Assembly: GCA_051252135.1 (NCBI GenBank)
Contig: JBPOGH010000008.1
Span: 32,001-96,000, forward strand
Origin: Verrucomicrobiaceae bacterium
GTDB lineage: Bacteria > Verrucomicrobiota > Verrucomicrobiia > Verrucomicrobiales > Akkermansiaceae
Direction: 5' to 3'
DNA: 64,000 nucleotides
Part shown: piece by piece, positions 18,539 through 28,306 of the stretch
Layout: each line of letters opens with the position of its first letter
How positions within the stretch are numbered: the first letter of the stretch is position 1
The notes under the pieces: generated by a model
The model's input: only the letters and a program-made list of their open reading frames with translations
What the model was told of the DNA's origin: nothing
Database searches by the model: none
Translations under genes and position numbers: made by a program

Positions 18539-21500
18539 CTAGCGAGGCAGAAATGCCAGCGCCCATTCCTTATAAAAACCATCTTCCGCCCTCTCAATGT
18601 CCTGAATCAACGAATTAAAATCAATGGGACTCCACTCTTGAAATTGCCGGGCCTCATTCATTTGCGCAAAGGCGAGAGCTTCCAAAAGCCGGGGGAACCA
18701 CGACGGCACGGGTTCATCGACCGGAGCGAAGCGCGTTCGCACCACGGTGATCTCTCCCTGATCTGTGCCAATCACGACCTCTTCTCCATCAGCTGAGAGG
18801 AAGGAGCGATGAAAGTCTGAATCGTTTGTTTCTCCGTCAAGCCTGGGGTGTTTGAAGTGAGCGCTCACTGGTTCAAATGTCTCGACGTCATAGTAAGTAA
18901 AGCCCTCTTGATCGCGAGTCACGAAGGCGCGCCCGTCGCCTGTGAAGCGCACCGATTCCACAATCGATCCTTGATAGAGAGGCGCACAAAGAGGAAGCCC
19001 GGTTTCTATATCCCAGACTCGGGCGGTATGGTCGCGTGAGGCGGTTGCCAGTAACTTGCCGCCCGAATGAATCTCAAGGTGTGAGATATCGGAAAGATGC
19101 CGGATGGGAGCCAACGTCCGGGGTTTTCCGGTATGCGAATCCCACACGATCACCGAGCCATCGTCGGACCCAGTCGCGACGGTATGCCCGTCAGCGCTAA
19201 AGGCTGCCGTTCTTACCAATTTTTCGTGACCTCTGAGAGTGACTCGTTTTTCTCCGGTATCGACATTCCAGATTGCAGCCTCTTTTTCTCCAGTTCCGAG
19301 GATGAACCGTCCGGAGCTGTCAGGAGCAAACCGGATGAGCGGGGAATCTTGTTTCGAATCGATCTCACGTTCCACCTGTCCGGTTTTAACGTCATACACT
19401 TGGACCAATCCATCCATATACCCCACCAAAAGCCGGCTTCCATCAGGACTGAGGCTACCAGACGGCATAAACTCAGAACGGAAGCTGGCGGGCCAAAGTT
19501 CGCTCCCGGACCGAACATCCCACCCGTAAATTGCTCCCCGATCAGATATGGCATAGTGATGCGATTTGTCCGGGGAGCCATACTGGAGGTAGACCTCATC
19601 TTTCGTCTCTTCTTGAAATACCTTTTCGCCTGTTTCCTTGTCAAAAACAGCGAATCCGAAGGGCCCGGAAGTGGAGGTGAAAATCTGATCACCATTATGA
19701 TTGAATCCCGCCATGGGAACCCCGTCTCCCAAGCCCGTGATTCGGGTCACGGCCCCTGTGGAGATCGACTGGAAAGCCTGAACACCGGGTTGCCCCTCGG
19801 CATTTAGCGTCGAGGCTAAGAGAAAGCGCCCATCCGATGAAAGCTGCAAATCCGAACTGATCACTTTCTGCACCATCACGGTGGAGGAAAGCGAATTTCC
19901 TCGATCACCATCCCAAATCGAAATTCTCCCCAACATCCCCCGGCTCGCCAAACGTGTCCCATCGTCCGAAAAAACGAGACTGCCAATTGAGTGTAGGTTC
20001 CCAATCTCCTCCCGCGATTCGGTGCCATCTGTTAGATTGACCAATCTAATTTCACTCTCGAGATAGGAGAACGCGAGGCGGCTTCCCGTCTGATCGATAT
20101 CGAGGCGGTAGATGACTTTTCCCGGGGCCAGGTGACGGTAAATCAAACCTTGCGACGCCACATCCCAAACCTCGAGTCGCTGTCCCAAATTCGTCCTGAT
20201 CACGACCCGAGAACCATCGTCCGCAAAATGTGCCGAAGCCATGGGGCCCGAAAACAACGATTTAAACAGTACTTTTCCACTGGAAATCTCCACGAAGACA
20301 ACGCCTAAGTCGCCAAAGAACCCGACGCTTTCCCCCTCCCCGCCCAACCGAAATTTGGAGAATTGTCCACCCGGAGAAGCAACCGCCCTCCGCTTCTTCT
20401 GGTCGTCAAGCGTGAAGACTTCTACCTGATCACCGTGGCGAAACGCGAGACTCGCTCCATCAGTTGAAAATTGCGGCTCGCTCGGATGATTCGTCAACCC
20501 ATCGGCTAAGAGGTTTGTTTGATCGGCTGTAAAAGACCAAAGGATGACTTCTCCTGCCACCGTGACGACAGCGATCTCGTCACTTGTGGGAGAAACCGCG
20601 ATGCCGGGTGATGCGCCAGCCTCCAACTCAAGCCGTGCGGATTCAGCGCCAGTCATAAGATCAATTACGATGACGTCATTTTCCGCTGTAACTGTTGCCA
20701 GCCTCAATCCATCGGGAAAAAGGAGAAGCGGCTTGTCGGACTCGACCGGGATCAACCGACCAACTGGAATGGTAACGTCCTGCTGATCGACAATCGACAT
20801 GGCATACATCGCGGCCTGCCACTCGGCGGGATTTCCACGCAAGCGGCGGGCCAGAGTTGCCAGAGCAACATCAGTCCGCCCGTCTTCGAGATAATTGGTG
20901 ATTGTTCGCCACTCCAGATGCCGAATGGTTCGGGCCTGCTCCGCCCTCGCCGCTTCCGCTTTCCGCCACTGCCAGGTCACGCCGGCGAAACCCAGGAGGA
21001 AGGAAATACCAAGTGCCAGCACCAGCCCGGCTAGGACAGGCTCGCGCTTAGCCCAGCGCCAAAGTTTTCCGGCACGGGAAATCGGACTAGCGAGAATGGG
21101 ATCGCCCTTGACCACGCGCTCCAAGTCTTCCGAAAAAAGAGAGGCCGAGGAATAGCGCTTCCCGGGCGATTTATCGAGGCACTTGAAACAGACCGTCGCA
21201 AGATCCCTGGAGACCCCGGTGAGCTTAGGCGCTTCGGACTCGATGACGGCCCGCGCCGTCGCAATCGGCGAACTTTCACTGAACGGTGGCTTGCCCCTCA
21301 ATAACTCGTATAAAACCGCGCCCAACCCATAGACATCGGTGGCGACGGTAATATCGGCATGACGTCCCTCTGCTTGCTCCGGCGACATGTAACTCGGACT
21401 CCCCAGTACTGCCTTCGAAAGAGTGAGTCCACTCGCCTCCTCGTCATCGAAAAACTTCGCGAGCCCAAAATCCGTCACTTGCGGATCGCCATCCTCATCG

Positions 21501-22048
21501 ATGAGGATATTGGACGGCTTCAGATCCCGATGCAGAATCCCTCGCTCATGGGCAAAGGCAATCGCGCGCGCCACCCGGACCACCATGTGAGCGATTAATT
21601 TCTCTCGCTTTTGTGGGACCAAATTTCTCGCCCAGTCCGCGATGTTTCGTCCGCCTTCGATCAGGCGCATTGTGAAATAGTATTGCGCCTCGCACTCTCC
21701 GGTCTCGAAAACGGGGACGATATTGGGATGATGAAGTTTGGCCGCCGCCTCGGCCTCGGTCCGAAACCGCTGCACTGCATCAGGCCCAGCTAGTTGACCC
21801 GCAACGATCATTTTCAACGCCACCTCCCGTTTCAGATCTTTTTGAAATGCCCGATAAACCACACCCATCCCGCCTCGGGCGAGTTCCTCCAACAGCTCGT
21901 ATTTTCCAAAAGATCCCAAAACCTCCGGCAGATCCGCCCCATCAAGATCATTAGTGCCAAAGAGGCAGACCGCGCAGAGACCATCGATCAATTCCCCATC
22001 GCAAATCCCGCAAGAGGAAGCCGATTCGATGCCGGTCGCGTTGTCCAT
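18539..22048 (-). CDS. Ser/Thr protein kinase with TM helix and WD40 repeats
   Basis: CxxC..CxxC N-terminus, GGMGVVY, VALK, HRDLKPSN, DFG, YMSPE, TM, WD40 repeats (LRGHEKLVRTAAFSADG..VWD). Confidence 0.95.
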   Translation of the reverse strand: MDNATGIESASSCGICDGELIDGLCAVCLFGTNDLDGADLPEVLGSFGKYELLEELARGGMGVVYRAFQKDLKREVALKMIVAGQLAGPDAVQRFRTEAEAAAKLHHPNIVPVFETGECEAQYYFTMRLIEGGRNIADWARNLVPQKREKLIAHMVVRVARAIAFAHERGILHRDLKPSNILIDEDGDPQVTDFGLAKFFDDEEASGLTLSKAVLGSPSYMSPEQAEGRHADITVATDVYGLGAVLYELLRGKPPFSESSPIATARAVIESEAPKLTGVSRDLATVCFKCLDKSPGKRYSSASLFSEDLERVVKGDPILASPISRAGKLWRWAKREPVLAGLVLALGISFLLGFAGVTWQWRKAEAARAEQARTIRHLEWRTITNYLEDGRTDVALATLARRLRGNPAEWQAAMYAMSIVDQQDVTIPVGRLIPVESDKPLLLFPDGLRLATVTAENDVIVIDLMTGAESARLELEAGASPGIAVSPTSDEIAVVTVAGEVILWSFTADQTNLLADGLTNHPSEPQFSTDGASLAFRHGDQVEVFTLDDQKKRRAVASPGGQFSKFRLGGEGESVGFFGDLGVVFVEISSGKVLFKSLFSGPMASAHFADDGSRVVIRTNLGQRLEVWDVASQGLIYRHLAPGKVIYRLDIDQTGSRLAFSYLESEIRLVNLTDGTESREEIGNLHSIGSLVFSDDGTRLASRGMLGRISIWDGDRGNSLSSTVMVQKVISSDLQLSSDGRFLLASTLNAEGQPGVQAFQSISTGAVTRITGLGDGVPMAGFNHNGDQIFTSTSGPFGFAVFDKETGEKVFQEETKDEVYLQYGSPDKSHHYAISDRGAIYGWDVRSGSELWPASFRSEFMPSGSLSPDGSRLLVGYMDGLVQVYDVKTGQVEREIDSKQDSPLIRFAPDSSGRFILGTGEKEAAIWNVDTGEKRVTLRGHEKLVRTAAFSADGHTVATGSDDGSVIVWDSHTGKPRTLAPIRHLSDISHLEIHSGGKLLATASRDHTARVWDIETGLPLCAPLYQGSIVESVRFTGDGRAFVTRDQEGFTYYDVETFEPVSAHFKHPRLDGETNDSDFHRSFLSADGEEVVIGTDQGEITVVRTRFAPVDEPVPSWFPRLLEALAFAQMNEARQFQEWSPIDFNSLIQDIERAEDGFYKEWALAFLPR

Positions 22049-22117
22049 GATTCCTAATCATTCCTTTCCCGAAAACAGGAAATTATTACAAAGTATTTTC
22101 CAAAAGCTCCCCAATTT

Positions 22118-22891
22118 TCACGCTATCGGTTCGGTGCCCTGAGTTCCCGCGCTGAACAGACTCCTAAGATAAGCCATCTCCACTTCCAACTCATCCTCGT
22201 CTCCAACAGTATCTGAGACCTCGTCCCGGAGGATCTCCCGAAAGCGCCGACGCATCCGGTAGATGGAAACCCCCACTCCGCTCACGCTCATCCCGAGACG
22301 TTCCGCGATCTCGATATTGCTATGTTGGTCCGCCGCCGAGCCAGTCAGCAACGGCTCGAGGAAGGTGAACAACTCGCTCCGGTCAGCGAGATTGTATTCC
22401 TCACGCAAGCGAGTCACGGAATGTCTGAGAATAGCTGCGGCCCACATCCGGTCAAACTCGATATCCGGGCTGAGATCGGTTTGAGGCTGTGCTTCAAAAC
22501 GTTCTTCCGTCAATTCTTCGAGGGAAGAAATACGGAAGCTCCCACCACGTTTTTGAGTTTGTGATTTGCGGTAATCCTTCTTGAGGAAGTTTCTAAAAAC
22601 ACCCAGCAGGTAGGATCGAAAAGATCCCCGTTGAGAGTCCGCCCTCGCGAGAAGGTCCTGATTGACCACCATCACTAAAAAATCCTGCACGTGGTCCTGT
22701 GCCGCCTGATGGTCCGTCCCACATCGCCGCGCGAAAACATAAAGGGGATACCAGAAGCTCTCACAAAACATCGCATTTCCTCGATCACGCTCGCCTTCTT
22801 GATCTGACTTTGCCAACCGGACCATCGACCAACACGCAGACGACGAGGCCCCGCCGTTTCGCGAAAATGAAGAAGAAGGAGGAGGTTCCAC
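22118..22891 (-). CDS. ECF-type RNA polymerase sigma factor (kinase-associated type); start uncertain
   Basis: WSMV, FWYPLYVFARR, RGSFRSYL, QKRGG, EFDRMWA, region 4 IAERLGMSVSGVGVSIYRMRRRF; directly upstream of kinase. Confidence 0.88.
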   Translation of the reverse strand: MEPPPSSSFSRNGGASSSACWSMVRLAKSDQEGERDRGNAMFCESFWYPLYVFARRCGTDHQAAQDHVQDFLVMVVNQDLLARADSQRGSFRSYLLGVFRNFLKKDYRKSQTQKRGGSFRISSLEELTEERFEAQPQTDLSPDIEFDRMWAAAILRHSVTRLREEYNLADRSELFTFLEPLLTGSAADQHSNIEIAERLGMSVSGVGVSIYRMRRRFREILRDEVSDTVGDEDELEVEMAYLRSLFSAGTQGTEPIA

Positions 22892-22989
22892 TGCCTCATG
22901 TCTATGGAAAAGCTCTCCTGTCGGAAAGACTATTGAGAGAAAGTCAGCAAGCCTCAGCAATGAGGGGAAACCGGAGAAGGTGAAATTCA

Positions 22990-23262
22990 ACCAGCTCCCC
23001 TGGACCGGGGCTCTCCTCTCCAAAATCAATGACGGGACCATCTCCCGCACCGACCTCACCCCCTTCCCCGCCCGCCAAATCCTCGCCCTTAAAGACAACA
23101 AACTCTCCGCCCGCCTTCAAGAAATCTGGGGCGACCTTCGCCAAACCGACGAAGCTAAAAAGAAACGCATCGCCGGCCTCCTCAACGCCCTCACCCCCAA
23201 ACCAAACCCGCGTCCTCATCGCCTACCTCATGCACCCTCAACAGGTGCCGATGAAGAAGTAA
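22990..23262 (+). pseudogene. Internally deleted, frameshifted 3' remnant paralogous to 9837-12809
   Basis: RTDLTPFPARQI..LQEIWG..KKKRI matches RTAITPFHARQI..LHKIWG..KKKSI; 23175-23262 matches 12723-12809 at DNA level with one extra A. Confidence 0.85.
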
Positions 23263-23309
23263 GACCAAGTTTGCATTCGCCTGGGGAAAACCCACACACA
23301 AAATAATTC

Positions 23310-23342
23310 TTGCACAGGTGTCCTAGTTGACCTAATACACCT
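23310..23342 (+). promoter_or_regulatory. Sigma70-like promoter overlapped by YtrA-type palindromic operator
   Basis: TTGCAC-17-TAATAC; inverted repeat AGGTGTCCTAG-N5-CTAATACACCT (9/11 paired) ~30 bp before the GntR gene. Confidence 0.7.
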
Positions 23343-23373
23343 AACACACCGGACGAAACACCACTCTCCCCGC

Positions 23374-23766
23374 ATGAGCGACCTCCCCTTCCAGATCAAC
23401 ATCACCCCCGGCAGCCCGGCCTACGAGCAGGTCATCCAGGCTGTCCACCGCGCCCTCGCGTCCGACCTCCTCAAGCCCAACGACCCCTTCCCCTCCGTCC
23501 GCGCCCTTTCCAAAGCAGTCCGCATCAACCCCAACACCGCCCACAAAGTGATCCAACATCTCGTCAACGAAGGCACCCTCGTCGTCCTCCCCGGTCGCGG
23601 CACCCTCGTCGCCGACACCGAAACCCTCCCTCTCACTCTCCGGCTCGAACAAATCCGCCGCCAACTCGACCAACTCGCCATCGAAGCCTCCCGCCTCGGA
23701 TTCACCGAAAAAGAACTCCTCACCGCCCTCAAAGACACCTGGAAGAACATCCAGAAAAATTCCTAG
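23374..23766 (+). CDS. GntR family regulator, YtrA subfamily
   Basis: PAYEQV, FPSVRALS..INPNTAHK, GRGT; short C-terminus; precedes ABC genes. Confidence 0.92.
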   Translation: MSDLPFQINITPGSPAYEQVIQAVHRALASDLLKPNDPFPSVRALSKAVRINPNTAHKVIQHLVNEGTLVVLPGRGTLVADTETLPLTLRLEQIRRQLDQLAIEASRLGFTEKELLTALKDTWKNIQKNS

Positions 23767-23779
23767 CCCACTTCACCCC

Positions 23780-24700
23780 ATGAACACCATCGACGTCCAA
23801 AAACTCCGCATGAACTTCGGCTCCTTCGCCGCCGTCAGCGATCTCTCCCTCACCGTCCCCACCGGCACCGCCATGGCCCTCCTGGGCGAAAACGGAGCCG
23901 GCAAGACCACCACCCTCCGCATCCTCGCCGGCATCTACCAGGCCACCTCCGGCACCGGCACCATTCTCGATACCCCCCTTGGCTCCCTCGATACCCCCCA
24001 GTTCCAGCGCATCGGACACGTCTCCGAAAACCAACACCTCCCCCTCCACTGGACCCTCCAACAACTCATCGACTACCTCAAACCCCTCTACCCGAATTGG
24101 GACGACGCCTTCTGCGAAGAGCTCATCGAAAACTTCGAACTCCCCCGCGATCGCAAGCTCGGAGCCATGTCCCGCGGCATGCAAATGAAGGCCTCTCTCG
24201 TTTCCTCCCTCGCCTACCGCCCCGACCTCCTCCTCCTCGACGAACCCTTCAGCGGCCTCGACCCCCTCGTCCGTGAAGAACTCATCGATGGCATCCTCGA
24301 GCTCATGCAGGGCGGCGATTGGACCATCCTCCTCTCCTCCCATGACATCAACGAGGTCGAGCGCCTCTGCGACTCCGTCACCCTCATCCGTGATGGAAAA
24401 ATCGACCTCTCCGAAGACCTCGATCACCTCCAGGAGCGCTTCCGCCGCTGGACCATTCACAACGCCACCTCACCCGACAGTCCATTCCCCCCCGAGTGGA
24501 TCCAAATCGAACAACTCTCGGACACCTCGTGGACCTTCACCGATACCCAACACCACCCCGAACAATCCCCGCAAAAAATCGCCACCCTCTTCGGCACCAC
24601 CGCCAACTCGGAAGCCACCTCACTCTCCCTCCGGGACATCTACCTAACCATCGCCAGACAACAGAAAAAGACCCGTCTCGCCCAAAAGAAATCCGCCTAA
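23780..24700 (+). CDS. ABC transporter ATP-binding protein
   Basis: GENGAGKTT, MSRGM signature, LLLLDEP, SSH. Confidence 0.95.
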   Translation: MNTIDVQKLRMNFGSFAAVSDLSLTVPTGTAMALLGENGAGKTTTLRILAGIYQATSGTGTILDTPLGSLDTPQFQRIGHVSENQHLPLHWTLQQLIDYLKPLYPNWDDAFCEELIENFELPRDRKLGAMSRGMQMKASLVSSLAYRPDLLLLDEPFSGLDPLVREELIDGILELMQGGDWTILLSSHDINEVERLCDSVTLIRDGKIDLSEDLDHLQERFRRWTIHNATSPDSPFPPEWIQIEQLSDTSWTFTDTQHHPEQSPQKIATLFGTTANSEATSLSLRDIYLTIARQQKKTRLAQKKSA

Positions 24701-24719
24701 CCCCCACCCCTACAAAGCC

Positions 24720-26393
24720 ATGTTCCTTCACCGCCTTAAGCTCGAATTCCGCGAGAACCGCATCCACCTCATCCTCTGGATCCTCACCCTCGCCGGACTC
24801 ACCTGCGCCGCCCTCTCCTTCTGGAATGGCGACCTAAAAATCAACCCCGCCACCGGTCGCTTCTCAAACGGTTTCTCCGGACTCCTCGGACTCCTCATCG
24901 TCCCGCTCATCCTCCTCCCCTTCGTCACCACCATCACCACCTTCCGCCAGGACAATCTCAAAGATCCGCGCGCCTTCTGGAGCACCCGCCCCGTCCGTCC
25001 CGCCACCCTGCACACCGCCAAGTTTGCCTTCCTCCACCTCATCTTCACCCTCCCCCTCGCCCTCTGCACCTTCGCCATTTGCCTCAATGCCCTAAGCACC
25101 GGCACCGCCCTCATCTTCACTGCCGAGGCCGTCCTCTGGTGCGCCGCGAGCATCCACCTCTCCGCCCTCGCTTCCCTCCACAACCACCGCTGGTCCCACC
25201 TCCTCCTCATCCCCGGCCTGGGCATTCTCGGACTCGCCACCGCCGCCATCATCTACTCAAAAATCACCTTCTACCAACCTTCCGGCAACCACCAGGGACA
25301 GTTCGCCGGCAACCTCCTCTTCACCCTCACCGTCCTCCTCATCCTCTTCACCATCGCCGGATTTTCCCTCATCAAAAAACCACATCTCAAATTCCCCCTC
25401 TGGGCACCCGTCCTCGTCGGCTCCCTCAGCTTCCCCCTCCTCTCCGCCTCCTGGCTCCCGCCCCTCAGTGACGCCACCCAAACCGTGACCTACCAAAACC
25501 CGGAAACCATCACCCGCTTCACCACCGCCACCTCCCGTCACAACCAACAACACCTCTACCTCCTCAACTTCCCCCTCGATAACCTCCTCCACGACTCCGA
25601 TCGCCACCCCATCGAACTGCTTTCCCATAAGTTCACCATCGAGTCCGATACCCTCTCTCTTCCCGGAGCAAGAATCCGCATCAGGGAATGGAACAGTGGA
25701 ATCGAAAACGTCTCCGACGGTCAAAATCTCGAATCCCTCGCCCAAAATCGCTCAACCGATCGCCCCTACAACATCACCATCACCATCGAAATCCCCCACG
25801 AGCGCAGCATCGACTTCACTCCCATCTACGACGACCTCCCGCGGGTAAACACCATCGTCAAGGGTGAGCTCGAACTCATCACCGTATCATTGGATGACGC
25901 CTTCATCATCGACCCCGATCAGAAATTCGAAACCCAAACCCTCGGCACCAAGTTCACCTATCTCCCCTCCACTAGAAAAGATCGCCCTCACTCCATGCTC
26001 ACCAGGAGATTCGCCCTCCCCCTTGCCAGCTCCTCGGTGATGCACCCACTCCGCCGCTCACAAGAGCCACTCGTCATCCTCCGCCACCGCGAAACCGGCC
26101 AATGGTTCCGCGCCACCGATGGTAGCAGCATGTCACAATCCGGAATGTTCGGACGCACCACCATCGACGAACTCCAATACCTCGAGGACACCACCATGGT
26201 CAGCCACTACTGGAAACACCGCCTCCAACGCGAGTTCCCCGACTTCCCCGACTTCGGGGAATGGCAAAAAAACGCCGAAACCCTCATCCTCCCGCCCCAC
26301 CTCTTCCAGACCTTCAAAGTCCCCTTCGAAGTCACCCTCGCCGTCCCCGATCTCACCCTCTTTCAACAGCGCCTCAACGAACCCTCGAACTAA
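24720..26393 (+). CDS. ABC transporter permease-like membrane protein with soluble C-terminal domain
   Basis: About 8 hydrophobic segments, AFWSTRPV..AKF motif; operonic with ATPase. Confidence 0.75.
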   Translation: MFLHRLKLEFRENRIHLILWILTLAGLTCAALSFWNGDLKINPATGRFSNGFSGLLGLLIVPLILLPFVTTITTFRQDNLKDPRAFWSTRPVRPATLHTAKFAFLHLIFTLPLALCTFAICLNALSTGTALIFTAEAVLWCAASIHLSALASLHNHRWSHLLLIPGLGILGLATAAIIYSKITFYQPSGNHQGQFAGNLLFTLTVLLILFTIAGFSLIKKPHLKFPLWAPVLVGSLSFPLLSASWLPPLSDATQTVTYQNPETITRFTTATSRHNQQHLYLLNFPLDNLLHDSDRHPIELLSHKFTIESDTLSLPGARIRIREWNSGIENVSDGQNLESLAQNRSTDRPYNITITIEIPHERSIDFTPIYDDLPRVNTIVKGELELITVSLDDAFIIDPDQKFETQTLGTKFTYLPSTRKDRPHSMLTRRFALPLASSSVMHPLRRSQEPLVILRHRETGQWFRATDGSSMSQSGMFGRTTIDELQYLEDTTMVSHYWKHRLQREFPDFPDFGEWQKNAETLILPPHLFQTFKVPFEVTLAVPDLTLFQQRLNEPSN

Positions 26394-26414
26394 ACGCCGC
26401 CCCAACCCGGGGCT

Positions 26415-27101
26415 CTAACCCCCAAACGGATCCGCCGAGACCTTCTTCTCCCCCATCTCCTTTACCGCCAGATTGCGATACCACACCTCATCACTGTGAT
26501 CCTGCAACATCAGCCGGCCCTTCAAGTTCTCCGCAAAGCCCTCCGTCTTCTTAAACTTCGATTCCCCCACCAGCTTCTTCCACTCGTCTGAACCCACCGT
26601 CAGATCGATCACTTTCTCCCCGTTCAGGAAATGCTGCAAATGGTGACCCTTCACCACAATCCGTGACTGGTTCCACTCGCCCACCGGCTTGAGCTTCTTC
26701 TTCTCCGCATCCGCCGGCAAAATGTCATAAAGTGATGCCGTCTGACGATTCGGCCCCACCTTCCCGTCAGGATGCTTATCATCATCCAGCACCTGATACT
26801 CAGGCCCTAGCAACTGCTTCCCGTAACGCGTCACCCGATACTTCACCCCGCTGTTCCCCTTCTCGGAAATCTTCCACTCAAAGCGGAACTCAAAATCACC
26901 ATACTCCTTCTCCGAATAAATGCTTCCGCCCTTCCCCTTCAAATGAAGCACCCCGTCCTCCGCAATCCAGCCCCCCTCTTCCAACGCCTTACCACCCCCA
27001 TTCGTCCACCCCTTCAGCGTCTCCCCGTCAAAAATCGAAACCCACTCCCCGCCAAAGGAAACACCCGCACACAACACCGACACCATCAGAAATTTTCTCA
27101 T
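26415..27101 (-). CDS. DUF1080 (3-keto-disaccharide hydrolase-like) protein
   Basis: IFDGETLKGW, GNSGVKY, EYQVLDD, GEWN, LQDH..VWYRN. Confidence 0.92.
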   Translation of the reverse strand: MRKFLMVSVLCAGVSFGGEWVSIFDGETLKGWTNGGGKALEEGGWIAEDGVLHLKGKGGSIYSEKEYGDFEFRFEWKISEKGNSGVKYRVTRYGKQLLGPEYQVLDDDKHPDGKVGPNRQTASLYDILPADAEKKKLKPVGEWNQSRIVVKGHHLQHFLNGEKVIDLTVGSDEWKKLVGESKFKKTEGFAENLKGRLMLQDHSDEVWYRNLAVKEMGEKKVSADPFGG

Positions 27102-27206
27102 AACAAAAAGGTCACCTCATTTTACCCAAATGAAAATCAAATCTTTCAACCTCCCCTCATTGCCGCCGCCCCATCATCTTGCTATAAACCACTCTACCCT
27201 CCTCAC

Positions 27207-27767
27207 ATGCCCGTCGATCCCTACGCCCCGCCAACCGCCCCGTCCGGCGCCCCCCACCAAATCAAAATCAAAGGCGCCTACCTCACCGACGGAAAAGCCC
27301 ACCCTCTCAGCTGCGCCAATGGTGAACTCGACACCCACGCCGGAGTCCTCCGCACCGGATACGTCCCCAAGTGGTGCCTCCCCGCCGCCTTCTGGATCTT
27401 CGTCCTCTTCACCCTCATCCTCACCGTCATCCTATCAATCCCCCTCGGCGTCCTCGGTCCCCTTCTCTACATCGGCACTTACAGCATCCTCTGCGCCCTA
27501 AAAACCCGCCCCATCGAATTCAACCTCAACGAGGAACTCCTCCACATCGATAAGAAAAACCGCCTCGTCGGATTCCGAAAATCGCAGAAAGGCCAAAACA
27601 GATTCCTCGGCTTCTCACTCCGACAGGAAAACTTCGATTCCATCATCTCCCACTTCCCCCGCACCACCGAAACACCCCTCCGCAAAGGATTCAAAATCCA
27701 CTACCATCTCCTCGTCATCTTCATTTGGTTCATCTCATTCGGGATCGCCATGATGATCCACGGATAA
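27207..27767 (+). CDS. Hypothetical membrane protein
   Basis: N-terminal DPYAPP, three hydrophobic segments, backbone codon usage. Confidence 0.7.
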   Translation: MPVDPYAPPTAPSGAPHQIKIKGAYLTDGKAHPLSCANGELDTHAGVLRTGYVPKWCLPAAFWIFVLFTLILTVILSIPLGVLGPLLYIGTYSILCALKTRPIEFNLNEELLHIDKKNRLVGFRKSQKGQNRFLGFSLRQENFDSIISHFPRTTETPLRKGFKIHYHLLVIFIWFISFGIAMMIHG

Positions 27768-27776
27768 AAAAACATC

Positions 27777-28304
27777 ATGAAAACCACCCTCCTCACCGCT
27801 CTAACAGTTCTCCTCCTCTCGAATCCCGCATTCGCCAACCCCACCTCCTTCTACTCCACCACCGCCCAAAAGTTCGTCGCCGTCCTCTCCGATTCCGCCC
27901 TCGAAAATGAACCGGAGATCGACCACTTCGAGCACCTCTGCCCCGGCTACGGCGGCTACGAACTCCTCTTCCACGGCGGCGACCTCCGCAGCTGGATCGA
28001 CATCCGCTACCAGGGCACCACCAGCGACCTCTTCGGCGACTCCATGAACGCCGCCAACGGACTCTTCGCCTACAAGGAAAACGACGTCGTCGAATGGCGC
28101 GGCACCCTCAAGGAAAAGGTCTTCACCCCCTACGCCATCATCTACCGCATGCGCGCCCAGGACATTGAGGACGACAAAAAAACCCACTCCCGCCTCATCG
28201 TCGTCGCCCTCAACAAAGGCAACGCCAAAGTCCTCGGCTCCTTCGAAGGAAAGGACGCCGATGCCAAAGCCAAAAAGCTCGCCGACACCAAGGCCGGAGG
28301 CTGA
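27777..28304 (+). CDS. Hypothetical secreted protein
   Basis: Signal peptide ending AFA; backbone codon usage. Confidence 0.8.
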   Translation: MKTTLLTALTVLLLSNPAFANPTSFYSTTAQKFVAVLSDSALENEPEIDHFEHLCPGYGGYELLFHGGDLRSWIDIRYQGTTSDLFGDSMNAANGLFAYKENDVVEWRGTLKEKVFTPYAIIYRMRAQDIEDDKKTHSRLIVVALNKGNAKVLGSFEGKDADAKAKKLADTKAGG

Positions 28305-28306
28305 AC

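Larger units (their letters stand above)
13276..22980. mobile_element. Putative horizontally acquired island (five minus-strand genes)
   Basis: Loses the C-rich plus-strand skew of both flanks; bounded by truncated transposase and by a decayed paralog of 9837-12809; no integrase. Confidence 0.65.

Noticed and set aside
22892..23306. N-terminal extension of the sigma ORF to 23101 and ORFs 22980-23306 / 23029-23262 as intact genes
   Set aside because: The extension is antisense to the pseudogene remnant; the two plus ORFs are its frameshifted halves
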